Source of the DNA: Halocafeteria seosinensis | Taxonomy: Eukaryota | Assembly (NCBI GenBank): GCA_001687465.1 | Contig: LVLI01000097.1 | Location: 1 to 64,000, forward strand | Reading direction: 5' to 3' | DNA: 64,000 bases | In this document: positions 11,337 through 23,133 of the stretch, piece after piece | How positions within the stretch are numbered: position 1 is the first letter of the stretch | How the letters are laid out: the number at the start of each line of letters is the position of its first letter | The notes under the pieces: generated by a model | What the model saw: only the letters and a program-made list of their open reading frames with translations | Databases searched by the model: none | What the model was told of the DNA's origin: nothing | Translations under genes and position numbers: made by a program

Positions 11337-12408
11337 GTCCTCAATCGTTCCGGCGAGTAAAATCCCCTTAGACAGGCAAGGCAGAAGACTTATACAAAGC
11401 TGGAGACACTTCTTAAGGAAATTTTGGGGAAGGGGACGTTTCAGACGTTAGTGTTCTCAACTTTCATAGTCTGTCTTCCCTACATATGTGTATACACAAG
11501 GAAGGCTCTGCTTTGTTCCCTGGGACAACTCAACCGGTACCTGTAAATAATTTTGCAGTGCAATCGTAAGAAACCCGTTATTCAAGGACCGATGACGATC
11601 TTATGTGCTAGTGAATCGGACGGCTATCCAGTCAATCGCAGAATTTCTGGTTGCCAATGTGGCACTTGTCCAGACCGTCCGGACTCCCGAGGAACACTTC
11701 CCCTCGTGAATGGCATGTCGGTGTCCGGACTCCGGTTGGGCTTCCCGGCTGGAACCGCCAAGTTGCGCCAGCGTGTTCTGCCACTGCAATGGGAGCACTG
11801 ACGGCAGGGTGTAAGAATGTTGTCCGTCTTATTTGTTTAGAAGTGCCATATCAACGCGTAGTGAAGGGAACACTTATTAGTCTCAGAATGGAAATCACTT
11901 AAACCCTTCTTTGGAAACGGTTTCGCAAGGCTGCGGTGGCTGCCTTAGCAAACACACAAAAGAGCAAGAAGGCCACATGATCACATGGCCACAAGGCATG
12001 ACGAGGGACTACACTCAGTAGTACACTGCAGGAGCCAGTTCGAAAGGTGGAGGAGTTCCGGACTTGCTGTGGCCTCGAAGAATGTGGCGATATTGCGAGC
12101 AGAAATATCAAGGCTATGTCGACGTGACTGAAAGCTTTTCCTCTGGCGATGCAAAAGCCTGAAAACTTTCAGTGGAAAGGCGTATCGGCAGTTGATATCG
12201 TAGGTAAGGGAGCATGTTATTAGGGGACATACCGGTACAATGTTAGAAATTGGTACTCGACAGATGTTGCGATTTAGGGATACAGGTATGAGATCCGCAC
12301 TTCGACACACTGCTGAAGTATATGTTGTTGATGGTTAAGGTTAATACCTGACTGCCAAAGAGAAATGCAAAGGGGTGCGGGCGTTGCTTGCTGGTATATT
12401 TGCATTGT

Positions 12409-12975
12409 TTAGAAGTCAGACAAGTCAACCTGCTCCATTGACCGTTCAAACTCTTCTATTTCTTCAGCATCTGATGATGTCCTCGAGCTAATCCGGCGTG
12501 CACCCTGATCGAATATTGACATTCGTCCGGATAATTCATCAGATTCCCTAAAGCTAGCAGTCATTGACTTTGTTTCTGCGTCCTGCCCGAAACTGTTTGT
12601 ACGTGAAGTAAGGAGCTGTTCCCCAGGATCCGATTGACCGCACGACGACCTGTCATTTTGTCTTTCCCTGATCGAATAACCAGCCTCATCTGAGATATGT
12701 CTTATTGTTTGTTCACTGGTACATGGCGTGCATCCAGATGTTTGGAGTGCTTCAGTTCTCACTTTGGAGAGGTCTAGCCGGGGAATCTCAGGGTGGATGT
12801 GCCCCGCGGAGTTGGTCGTTGATGTCGGAGCTTCTGGATTTCCATCCCTAGTGCTATGCGCGGGATCTGTTTGGCGTTCAACTTCTTCTTTCCAATTTGA
12901 TGCTCTAGAATCGGTGGGTTTTGTGTCCTCATGAGAGCCATATTTGGAGAAATGACGACGGTTGAAGTAAGCCAT
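12409..12975 (-). CDS. Hypothetical low-complexity protein (about 188 aa)
   Basis: Open frame from ATG (MAYFNRR) to TAA; Ser/Thr/Glu-rich; no recognisable domain. Confidence 0.45.
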   Translation of the reverse strand: MAYFNRRHFSKYGSHEDTKPTDSRASNWKEEVERQTDPAHSTRDGNPEAPTSTTNSAGHIHPEIPRLDLSKVRTEALQTSGCTPCTSEQTIRHISDEAGYSIRERQNDRSSCGQSDPGEQLLTSRTNSFGQDAETKSMTASFRESDELSGRMSIFDQGARRISSRTSSDAEEIEEFERSMEQVDLSDF

Positions 12976-13768
12976 TGTTGAAACCTTTGGTTTTTGGTTC
13001 ATCACTTCGCAAATCCAATGTATACTTTGTCTAAATAAATCAATTCTTATTCGGCAAATATAAATCAGTTAGCTTCTATCACTTTTGTTAACGTTTCCAG
13101 TATACTTTCATCGGTGACTGTCAATCCGGTTATTTATTCATATTCTAACCAATGTTGGTTCACTCGGAGACCGCCCCAGGATCGCTAGCTTCACAACTTA
13201 CAAGTGGGGCACAAGACAAGTTCTCTGTGTGTATGCTCGTGATTGAGCTCCTTATTTTTGTAGAACTAGCGTTATGTCTGTGAGAACGACTGATGGAGAT
13301 ATCTGTCTTGAAGCGCGCTATACTACCATGGCAGACTGATTCCCACCCGCAGAGGGTCAGGGTGGCCGCCCAGGGTGGGCGAGTCAACCTCTGGTCGGGT
13401 AAACAGTCGTGTGCATCAAGGGCAGATACGCTCGTACCACTCGAGGTGGTTATCGACTGATTATACACAATGCAATGTCATGAGGCCATTGATGCGCAGA
13501 GTGAAATCGAGAGCGCTTGTATACAAGGGGCAGAAGTTTTACTTCACGCTGAACTTCACAAGGGTGAGTAGAGCCGGGTGATTCATTGGTTAAAGTTCCA
13601 CTGAAACAGTCTTGTTTGGTACTCCTACAAAGATAAGAACATTGAGAGCAAAGTGTACACTCTGCGCCTGCACGTCTTGGACTGCTTTTTTACCTTTGGT
13701 GCGACGACACTCCTCAAGAGGATCCTGTGAGAAAAAGTGGTGAATTTAGTTCAGTTCGATATAAAAAA

Positions 13769-14662
13769 ATGAGTGAAATAGAGGAAGGTGGCCGACGACA
13801 AAGCGTCAAAGAGTTAAGGAACATGTATGCTTCTGGGTCTAAAAATGACGCGGGGACCCCTGTGAACAGTGGTTTGAAGCCGAAGAACAGTCCGCAAGGA
13901 CGCCAGAGCATGCCGCCCCACAGCCACACCACTTCAACTAATGGCCAAAGTTCGATGACAGACTCCAATATCATCCATAAAAATTGTCATTCCCATGGAA
14001 CTTATAGCACTGGAGCTTCTAACTCCTTGTCCGTCCAGGATATCCTCGACGAAATTAATAGCAGGAGAGAACGGAGTGGCTTGAAACCGTTGCGAGTGCG
14101 TGAAGAACTTATACAATCAGCCAGCACCATTGCCCAAGAGAATGTCGAGGAAAAAATTGAAGTGTCAGATTTTGGACAGCTGGTAAAGAATGCTGGTTAT
14201 GAGTTTAGAAGCATTGCACAGAAGGGACTGTCGACTTCTTCTCGGGACACGAAACAGGTAGTTGACTCACTTCTAAATGGCTCCAACGACGTGGTGTCAG
14301 ATAAATTCACAGAAGCTGGAATAGCTATCGCAACAGAAGGAGGTGATAGTGCACCCTTAAGGTTTCATATCATCGGACATTTTGCGCGTCCACAGCCAAA
14401 CATTTCTCCTCCAAGCAAGGAGTTGGAGGCTGAAATAGATAAGCTGCGGCAGTCCCTTGACACCATGAGCCCGGAGATTGACGATTTGCACAAGTTTCTA
14501 CGAGTTCACCCTCCTGATGACATCGACGAGTACAATCGGTTAGTTAACAAAACGAACGATAAGATTCACGAATTCCAGGAAGTTCAGGAGAAGTATAACG
14601 AGAAGGTAAGAGAACATCGCAGACAAGTTCGCGAGTACAACCACCAAATTTCTGAGTGCTGA
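13769..14662 (+). CDS. CAP/SCP-domain protein with C-terminal coiled coil
   Basis: ILDEINSRRERSGLKPLRVREELIQSA...NAGY...FTEAGIAIA...GHFARP matches the CAP fold pattern; heptad-rich C-terminus; no signal peptide. Confidence 0.75.
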   Translation: MSEIEEGGRRQSVKELRNMYASGSKNDAGTPVNSGLKPKNSPQGRQSMPPHSHTTSTNGQSSMTDSNIIHKNCHSHGTYSTGASNSLSVQDILDEINSRRERSGLKPLRVREELIQSASTIAQENVEEKIEVSDFGQLVKNAGYEFRSIAQKGLSTSSRDTKQVVDSLLNGSNDVVSDKFTEAGIAIATEGGDSAPLRFHIIGHFARPQPNISPPSKELEAEIDKLRQSLDTMSPEIDDLHKFLRVHPPDDIDEYNRLVNKTNDKIHEFQEVQEKYNEKVREHRRQVREYNHQISEC

Positions 14663-14989
14663 AAAGCGACATAAATCGACTCAAACATGAGCAAGCAGTG
14701 TTCCAGAGCAAGGATGCTTGTGGAATAAATTAGGACTGTGTACATTATGCCAAGTTAGATGGTAGCCCTACCGTTCGACTGTCAACGTGACACTCTCTTC
14801 TGATGCTTCCTGTGATTAAATTTAAAAGCTTGTACTGGTCCAAATTCGCTTCTGGCGAAACGTTAACCCATCGAGTTTGGAATCGTTGTGCTCCACTGTG
14901 AGCCTCCATCTGTGCATCTGTTTGAACGCTTTCCATGTTCATAGAGCCTCATATGATGGAGGAGTAAAGGACCATGGCCAACAGTAGTT

Positions 14990-15190
14990 CCTAAAGAGAA
15001 TTGCCAGGAACGCACCGGGGATCAAGCGTAACTTTAGGAAGCTAAGGATGGCCAAACTGTATCACGTAATGCCCGACAACATGAAGACACTGGAGCGGTT
15101 GTCAGGTTCCTGGGTGGGGTTCACCCCACACACGGCCCATAGTAGCAAGGAGAGTAGATTTCTTCCGGTAGGAGCAATACTAATGAGACA
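14990..15190 (+). mobile_element. Degenerate CRE-like retrotransposon 3' fragment, copy 3
   Basis: gagaattgccaggaa...ggccaaactgt...ggggttcacccc...ttcttccggtaggagcaatactaat; more diverged than the neighbouring copy. Confidence 0.7.
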
Positions 15191-15196
15191 GACTAA

Positions 15197-15527
15197 CAAC
15201 CATCCCGGCAGAAGCGGAGAAGATGAAGCGGACAAAATATGGGCATCTGAGAGACCACCACACGGAATTTATCCCTTTCGCGATAGAGGCGACGGGCGGC
15301 TTCGGGGAAGACGCGATCACATTCCTCACGAGAATTGCCAGGAAAGCACTGGGGAACAAGGGAGATGCCGAACTTCCGCAAGCTGATGACGGCCAAACTG
15401 TCAGTCACGTTGATGCGCCACAACGTGAATATGTTGGACCGGTTCCGGATAGGGTTCACCCCCTCACACGGCGTAGCGTAGCCTGTAGCATACACGTCTT
15501 CCGGTAGGAGCAACACTAATACCCACA
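15197..15527 (+). mobile_element. CRE-like retrotransposon 3' fragment, copy 4 (longest)
   Basis: AEAEKMKRTKYGHLRDHHTEFIPFAIEATGGFGEDAITFLTRIARKA..., plus the shared 3' terminus. Confidence 0.85.
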
Positions 15528-15803
15528 TTGTAGGACGCTGCTCAAGTGGTTACATTTAGTAATGCCCAATACAGCGTATGAGGAGTGGCGTAGTCTCTGC
15601 TAACGGGCACAGTCGGGGGCACTTACTATAGTTGAAGTTGGATACACACCAAGTATCCCTATGCTGTACGGTCCGTACTGTGTAGAGTTTTCAGACTTTT
15701 TGTGAAGAAGTCCCCGTCCATCTTCACAAACTGTATCGCGTCGTAAAGCAAAAAAAAATAAAGGTTCCACGCGACGATTATTGATTCTACAGATAGTTGA
15801 ACC

Positions 15804-18800
15804 ATGAATGGCTGCGATAGAGCGCGGAGAGTGGCCAAGGTAGGGGTAGTGGCGCTCTGCATACTGGGGATTGCTCTGGTTGAACATGGACATGACGACG
15901 CGGTCGCATGGCATCATTTAACCCCTTCTGCCCATAATGAGCGTAGATCCTCCTCCTACCGTGTCGGATCTAACAGTACAAGTGGATGCCGGAGGCTACT
16001 GGAGCTGGAGAAGGAGAAGGAAGGGGGAAGTGGAATACACGGAGACATTTTGGAAGTAGCTCCTTGGATCTGGAAGCGTTACGGCATTACAGGGAAAGGA
16101 ATTAAGGTTGCCGTCTTGGACACTGGTTTAGGGCATTCTCATTCCAGTGGTCCTAGTTCTAACTACTGGGACGATCTGTCATCGGCTGCAGATGGCCATC
16201 TCCGGAAGGGACCTGGAGGAAGAGATATGAGCAGCCGTGGAACTTTATCGTATGTGGATGCTAGTTGCTACCATGAACATTTTAAAGGGCGTATCGGACA
16301 TTGTATCAATTGGGCTTCCGATCGCGCACTTTTATCCGGGGATTCGACGGAAAATCCCCCGAAATACTCCTGGTGGAACTTGGGTGGAACTAGTACCGTT
16401 TCGCATCGTCGCAAGTCGACGAACGTTGCGAATCCGGACTACAAAGCCGCAAACGACAGACTAGGACATGGTACCTTAGTTAGTAGTCTGATAGGTGGAC
16501 GTGGTGGAAATACAGCGTGGTTAAGGCGTAGCGGTCCCCTATTACCTGAACAAATCGAGAATTTGATTCAGGATATGAGGCCTGCAAGTGATCCTACGAG
16601 CAAGCTTCGTGGAAATACTCCCGGTCAAAGCGATGATAAGCGGTTGAATGCATTTGAAAATGATCTCGGAGATGAGGGAGGTGTGTGCTACGGTGTTGCG
16701 CCGGACTCGACACTATATATTCACCGTGTATTCACGGATTCTCAAGTAAGTGACGCCATACGCTTAAATTGATGGCTTGGACGACATTTGCATGAAATCC
16801 ACTGATGCAGGCGTCGTTTTCAAACTGGTACATCCAAGCTCTAAATCATTTAGTTAACCTTGATGAGGACGAACGGCCAACAATTATTAACCTGAGCATT
16901 GGAGGACCGGATTGGAAGGACTCTGTCGTTATGGAAAAAGTATGACAATCTTTTTTGTTTGAGGGAAATACACCGTAGCAGCTTTTTCTAACGGTATTCT
17001 GTTTGTCTTTTCCAGGTGAAAGAAGCGACCGCGTCGGGCTGCCTACTAGTATCTGCTGTTGGCAATGATGGGCCACAGTGGGGAACACTATACAACCCGG
17101 CAGACATGATGGAAACCGTGGCTGTTGGCGGAATCTCGGAAGCTGATCGTGCTGGTTGGAAGTCAAAGTTGCTGAACCAAACGTTGAGCTCAGTTGCACG
17201 CAGTGTTTTGGAATCCCTTGGTGTGCAACACCCTCTGAGGAAAAACTTAGACAAATGGTTCGACAATGTTCGGATACTGATTCAATTGTCAAAGACACCG
17301 GTCGCTCTGTTTTCCTCGCGTGGTATGCCCTCGTGGAACTTGGCAGCTGGTGGTCCCCATGTAAAACCGGATATTGTAAGTGCTCCCTGCTGGTTTCCTA
17401 CTTGGTGGTATATTGTACGTGGTTGTTACTCTTTTCACGTTCAGGTTAGTAATGCCAACAAGCTCCGTGGATCGTCACTTTCGTCTCAGTGCCGCTCGAT
17501 GTCGGGGACCTCGGCAGCCGCGCCTGTAGTGAGCGGTGCTCTCGCTCTGGGCGCACAGGCTCTACGGTCAAGTACCAGAACTTCGTCCATGTTACTAGGG
17601 ATAAAATCCATTTGCTCAGTAGACAGCATCAAATGGAGTTCAAAGAACGCCGCCATAGCGTTTGTGATAGAGGCGCTAGGCAATGTAGTGGATATTTGCC
17701 GTTCCAACTCGGGGGAACACAGTGTGCTGCAGTGTGTCTGTTCCGCTCTGGAGGCTGGGAATTTGGATGCTTGGAACGGAATAGACTTACCGCTTCAGTA
17801 CGCTAGGTCTAATCCTGCCGCGCTGAAACAGATACTTTGGAACAGTGCCACCCCTGTGGTGTCTTCGAAATTCCACCAACCCTCCATTTGGGAGCAAGGT
17901 GCTGGGAGAGTAGATCTTGCTAGAATTGCTAAGCTCGCATCCCAGTTTGAACCAACAATCATGACTTACCCATGGAAGCTTAATCTCACGGACAGGGAGT
18001 ATTGGTGGCCACTGAGTGACCAACAACTATACCCCGGTCGCACTCCATTGAACCTCAACCTCACTGTTTCCAACAGTATTTCCAAGAGGAGTAGAATCGT
18101 TGGCAGCCCAAGATCTACCGTAACAAATGCCTCCGGTTTGCCAACAAAGAGTGGCTTGGGACTGTCAGACCATTTGGATGTGACCCCAACTGTTGATCGG
18201 TCGACTCACTGGAACATATTTCCTTACTTTGGCTGGCTAGGTCTTGCCATTAGACTCAATGATGCAGCCGATGTTTTATCAGAAGGAACCCTCTCAGGAT
18301 ATATTGAGGTCGAAGTCGAGAGCATGCTAGAAGGTCCGGTGAGTGTTATCCATGCTCTTAGGGGTTCTGTCAGAAATACGTTGTGCAAAACACGAAAAAA
18401 CGGAAGTGACTATTGTGGGAAGAATCCACTCTCTCCTCAGAATCTGGAGCTAAGGGGTCACTACCGCAACGATGGGGGGATATACGTAATTCACCGAATT
18501 CAAGTTCCTTTCACGTTCCTTATTCGGCCGACTCCTCCAAGGAGTAAACGTATTCTTGTCGACACGTTTCATTCTATACAATACCCCCACCAGTTTATAC
18601 CTCGCGATGACTTGGAGGACAATGTAAGTGAGCTTGCTTTATCGTGGCAACACATTGTTGCAGTTCCTGCGTAAGCGCCCTGCAGAAAGACCTCTTGGAT
18701 TGGAGAGGCGACCACTTGTTTTCAAACTATATTAGCTTATTTCGTTTGCTACGAATGTATGTCAGCTGCGATTCCTCTATTGGTACAAGGAGGACATATT

Positions 18801-20053
18801 CAGAGTCTTGAACTTTAAGTACCATGCAGGTTCAATATCCACGTGGAATTTAACCAAGCTTCATTTGAAACGGTTTCGGCGGAACATTTAGCGGCTTCCT
18901 ATGGCTCAGTATGGTTGATTGACAGCGAAGCGACATTTAGTGAGCAGGAGACTACAATACTAAAGAGAGCTGCAAAAGCTTTGGGTACGTAGTATATGGA
19001 GTCATACATCCCTTGCTTGTGTGATGTATCATATGTATTGATTTCTCTCAGGTTTATCTGTCGTGGTCTTTGGAGAGTGGCATGATCCTTCAATAATGAA
19101 GCACCCGACGCTATCTTTCTGGAATCCGAACACCCACAGTCACTGGACTCCTCTTTCAGGGTACGTTTCGTGCCATATTGGACTATCAGTACATCTTGTG
19201 CCAATTGGTTCTTCTTGTTTGACCAGCGGGGCGAATGTGACTGCTCTGAACTCAGTACTGTCTGACATGGGGGTCAGCTTTGCTACGAGTGGTCCAGTGA
19301 TCACTGGTATGTACTTTGACTGTTTGGACGTCGTGCGGTTATAACCTCTTGCTGGCTTCTTTTTGAGCAGGTAATGCGCACATTCAGCTCTCTGCGGGAC
19401 TTAGTCGGGTGCCTTTCGGGTCTAACTTCGCACTGGGTATAGGAGTAAAACTACCTATCCCATTTTCTTCTGGATCCAGTGTCAAAGTCTCCAAGCATGC
19501 CGAATTACAGTATTCGGTGACCCAGTTTCGAGCATATAGTATGAGGAATCAATCTCATGAGCTATCAAGTAATACCGAAACTCGGTACAATAGAGTGTCC
19601 TCCCCTACTATTGGAGCACTTTTGGAAAATAAGAAAACCATGCACCCCAGAGGACATATCTTCGTTTGGGGAGACTCTTCCTGCTTTGACGATCACCAAG
19701 GGAAAGTTGGGAAAAAAGAACTCGCCATTTTAACCGCGGAATTGTACTCTCTAGATTTTGAAACGCTCAGTTACATTCGAAATGTTGTTTCCGATCTTCC
19801 AAGAGACGAATTACTCAATTTGGTTACGTCTCCGAACAGCATTAATCGCTTGCTGTCAACGTTGGTCAGTGACAAAGCGGATTGCCCCAGTTGTGGAACT
19901 ACCAGATTTGGCAAGCCCTCGCTCAGGTCGAGTACAAAATTGCATGCACGGCATGACTTGCCACATTGCCTGCCACTGCTTGTGCGTTTGCTTCATTGCG
20001 TTCAAGAAGGTTCCTGTGATTCGCTGCGCCAACTCGCGAAGAGACTAACGTAG
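15804..20053 (+). CDS. MBTPS1: Site-1 protease (SKI-1/S1P)-like S8 subtilase, multi-exon
   Basis: Catalytic triad VAVLDTG / DRLGHGT / SGTSAAAP, oxyanion GNDGP. S1P-specific motifs GTLYNPAD, FSSRGM, VKPDIV, EQGAG, YWWP, PTPPRSKRIL, IPRDDL, LDWRGDH. A further intron at about 20050-20093 could move the stop to 20151. Confidence 0.88.
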
Positions 20054-20427
20054 AAAAATTACATAATCGTCCTACTGACTTCCGCGCTTCCAGATCGCAA
20101 CGCCTATCAACGCCCTGCGGACGTATTAAAGCAAGTCATGTTGTCCACTAAGATGTTGACAATAGGAATGGAGGCAATCAAGTGCTTCGGGAACGTTTGC
20201 GTTTTTGCAGTGTCAAGAGTATACCACCCTATTATTGCCGTTTACTATTACACACCGGTATTATCCGCAGGAAGCGTCCACTGTATTCTGTTAAATAGTG
20301 CCACAACATCATTCACTTCTATAAAACTCAAAGTAAGCTACCACAGATACGTTTATCGGGTTACCATACAAAATATACAAATAAAGGCCAAAGCTACCAT
20401 TTTTGGCATCATTAAGGCGATGTTACT

Positions 20428-20810
20428 TTGCAGTTTCCAGGTTCTTTGTTATTGTTGACCTTTTGCTGGGAGAGTGTAAAAGTTCCATTACAATACCTGC
20501 CGTTCCATTACCGCTTGTCCGGAGCACTCTGGTATTTAATACTGATAAGCAATACCAGTGTAGTGTGTTTTTTCTGGTATGTGTCTGGCATTTGAGTAGT
20601 CGGTACTGGGCTGCTAGTGGCTACCGACAAGTAACAGTTTTGCAAATGCATGTATGACATAGCTCCACACAATGTACAAGCATGAGATGTTTTTGGGAAT
20701 ACATGCACCATAGGTATGGTACTGTGTATGACTTCCGCACTCGAGTACTCACAACTTCCAGAGGAGGAAGCACACCGCTCTTTCCGCTGCAAATCCGTTT
20801 GCTTCCAATT
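20428..20810 (+). repeat. Sequence downstream of S1P, homologous in inverted orientation to 40748-41432
   Basis: Shared blocks such as ttgcagtttccaggttct, gaccttttgctgg-agagtgtaaaagttcca, tgggctgctagtggctac, atgtatgacat and caagcatgagat. Confidence 0.85.
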
Positions 20811-21963
20811 AAATCAAGCTCCAGAATTCAAACTCAACGATGTGTCAAATTCTTGTCAATAAGATGACAGCCATGATGATAATGTACACCCTTATTAAGT
20901 ACTTCGCCCTTTTTCTGGAAAAAGCTAATGCTCGATGCTATATTCCGGTCTAGGAACAACAATGCATTTACAGGGCGAAATACAGCAGCGGTGGTAATTT
21001 TGTTCAGTTACAGAGAACAACCGAGCAGTATAAAGTTATACTATACACAACTAGCTGGACGGACAGGGAAATACGTAGTGAGCGAGAGACAAATGGTTAG
21101 AGTAACAGCTAAAATTTTGTAAATGAGCGTGGTGTAACCCACTCCGATTCTGTCGGCCAAGAAATTGATCTCTGACCGCTCAGCGAGCTCCTCGCGTACT
21201 AGAACGGCTATCCAGTGTCCTTACGGACATGGGAACCGGTAGCGAGGCTCGAAAAGGATCTTGTTAATAGCACATATTATAACTCTATGCAGGAAGTGCG
21301 GTACAATTTGGGCTGAACTGCCCTGAACAAAATATCTACGGAATCGAGTCCAACTTGAGCCTCCAAGGACGCAAGCAAATGGCACTGGTTAACGTCAAGA
21401 AACAATGCATGCGTAGCAACAACAAGAGACAGATATGACGCTATGCACGTGTCTATCACAAGTTGCTGTTTCTTCAGTTTTTGTATATGCTGCTTCTCTG
21501 GATATTCGAAGGAAGTCATGGTAAGAAAATGCTTCTGTTTTCGGCGAGGGACGGGTGACCCGTGATATGCTAAAATACGTTTGTAGGAGCGGTGCAAGAG
21601 GACTTTGTCATTCACTTTTGAAAGAATTGGTTCATCCTGCGTGTCAAGCACTGAAGTTTCCGGTTGCTCTCGAGCTTCTTAAGTTATACCGCTCGTCCAA
21701 ACCGAGTTTCGCGCTCCAGGTTTCGCCAAAGAGCTAACTGAGTTTGAGACTGCCGAAATACAAACATCCTTGGCTCAGGAAGACACTAGAAGCCGTTGTT
21801 TCACTTGCAGCAATTCTATTGCCACGGAATGGGATGCAACAAAGCAGCGAACCCAAAGGATCCGCCGTCATGACAGGATAGCAGTGGATCGGAGAGCTAT
21901 ATCCGCACGAATCAAAGACCAGTACAGAGAGAATTGCTCGTAGACCCGCAAAACGTGGCCAGT

Positions 21964-22146
21964 AGTGGACCTGGTAGCAAAAGGCCCAGTGATCACAGCT
22001 CATGTCGATGTGACAGTGAAACCCACTCACAGGAGACAGACTAGCCGCGACAGCAGGAAGACCGCTCACCATTGCCGCAGAATCGGAGAAGATGAAGCAA
22101 ATAAAATGCGGATACCACACGGAAATTATCCAGTTCGCGACAGAGG
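21964..22146 (+). mobile_element. CRE-like retrotransposon fragment covering the RLE endonuclease core, copy 5
   Basis: VDLVAKGPVITAHVDVTV, then after a frameshift AAESEKMKQIK...HTEIIQFA; overlaps the 5' part of copy 4. Confidence 0.7.
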
Positions 22147-23133
22147 TAGTCTCCAGAGTCACCGAAGAAACTACCTCCCGCGCAAAGTTACGAGAGAGTG
22201 TGTAGGTGTCAGAGATTTCTCTGCAGACACCTCGAAAAAGCACACCATCAAGGAAGCAAAATCATTGTCTTCCAGAATTTTGTAAAAGGAATTCTTGGCA
22301 GTATCCAGCTCCCCAGAGGAAGCTTCACTGATATATGAGTCAGATAGCTCATCAGTATTGGAACCTTGAATTCTTTTGAACTTATATTCTAGACTCTTCC
22401 CTTAATTTTTAATCCATTTTTCGACCCAAGCAACGCTGTGGAGCATTGGAACGGGAAGGAGACAGCAAACCGACCGTCAGGACTCGTATACGATCATATA
22501 TATCATATTTGGAGTTCATTACCTCTACGAGAAGCGGATAATCATTCGCCGAAGCTTTGGCAAGCGAAAACATAAGTGCTATCTCGCCCGTAACTATTAT
22601 GGTCCGAAACCTTGATCTGACGTAAAGTCTGTCACGCGTTGACCCTAGCATACAATCATGAATTGCACTTAGTGTATTGAGCCTATTCACCCGAAGAAAT
22701 CCTCACGATTGTCTTCACAATACTTGTGCGTTCAGCTGGTGCCGATTCAGCATCATTCTTTGTCAAGCTCAAACAAACAAACGACACGAAGGTCTGCATG
22801 GATTGGTTGATCATTCACTGTCATTTGCACAAATTGTACCCCATATAGGTCGGGTTCGTTGCGCTAGAGTCCAAAGAGTATTCACCAATAAACATAAGAG
22901 ACGCCACCTAGTCGTCATCAGGATCTTCGCAGGCATTCTTTAACTACTATATTGAGTCCGTGAGTCAGAACGTCTTTCTCATCATTTACCGACGAGTACA
23001 GCCAACCAACTTAGATGAACTATTTGTCTATCGCAAGATGTCCAAGGGCACGTAGTCTGTGACTCAAGAAGAAGAATTTCAACGCAGCGTTTCATACCCC
23101 GCAGGAAGCAGATTTCTGAGGGCACGAAAAATA

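Noticed and set aside
11600..11830. GC-rich patch with EG..FLGSPDG, like a non-LTR RT domain-7 motif
   Set aside because: Too short and frameshift-dependent to call.
15380..15400. CTGATGA in the repeat as a possible hammerhead ribozyme core
   Set aside because: No matching GAAA or stems; it lies in coding-derived sequence (KLMT).
21277..22400. Minus-strand ORF fragments around the RLE relic
   Set aside because: No identifiable domain and several stops; may be decayed coding DNA but cannot be supported.
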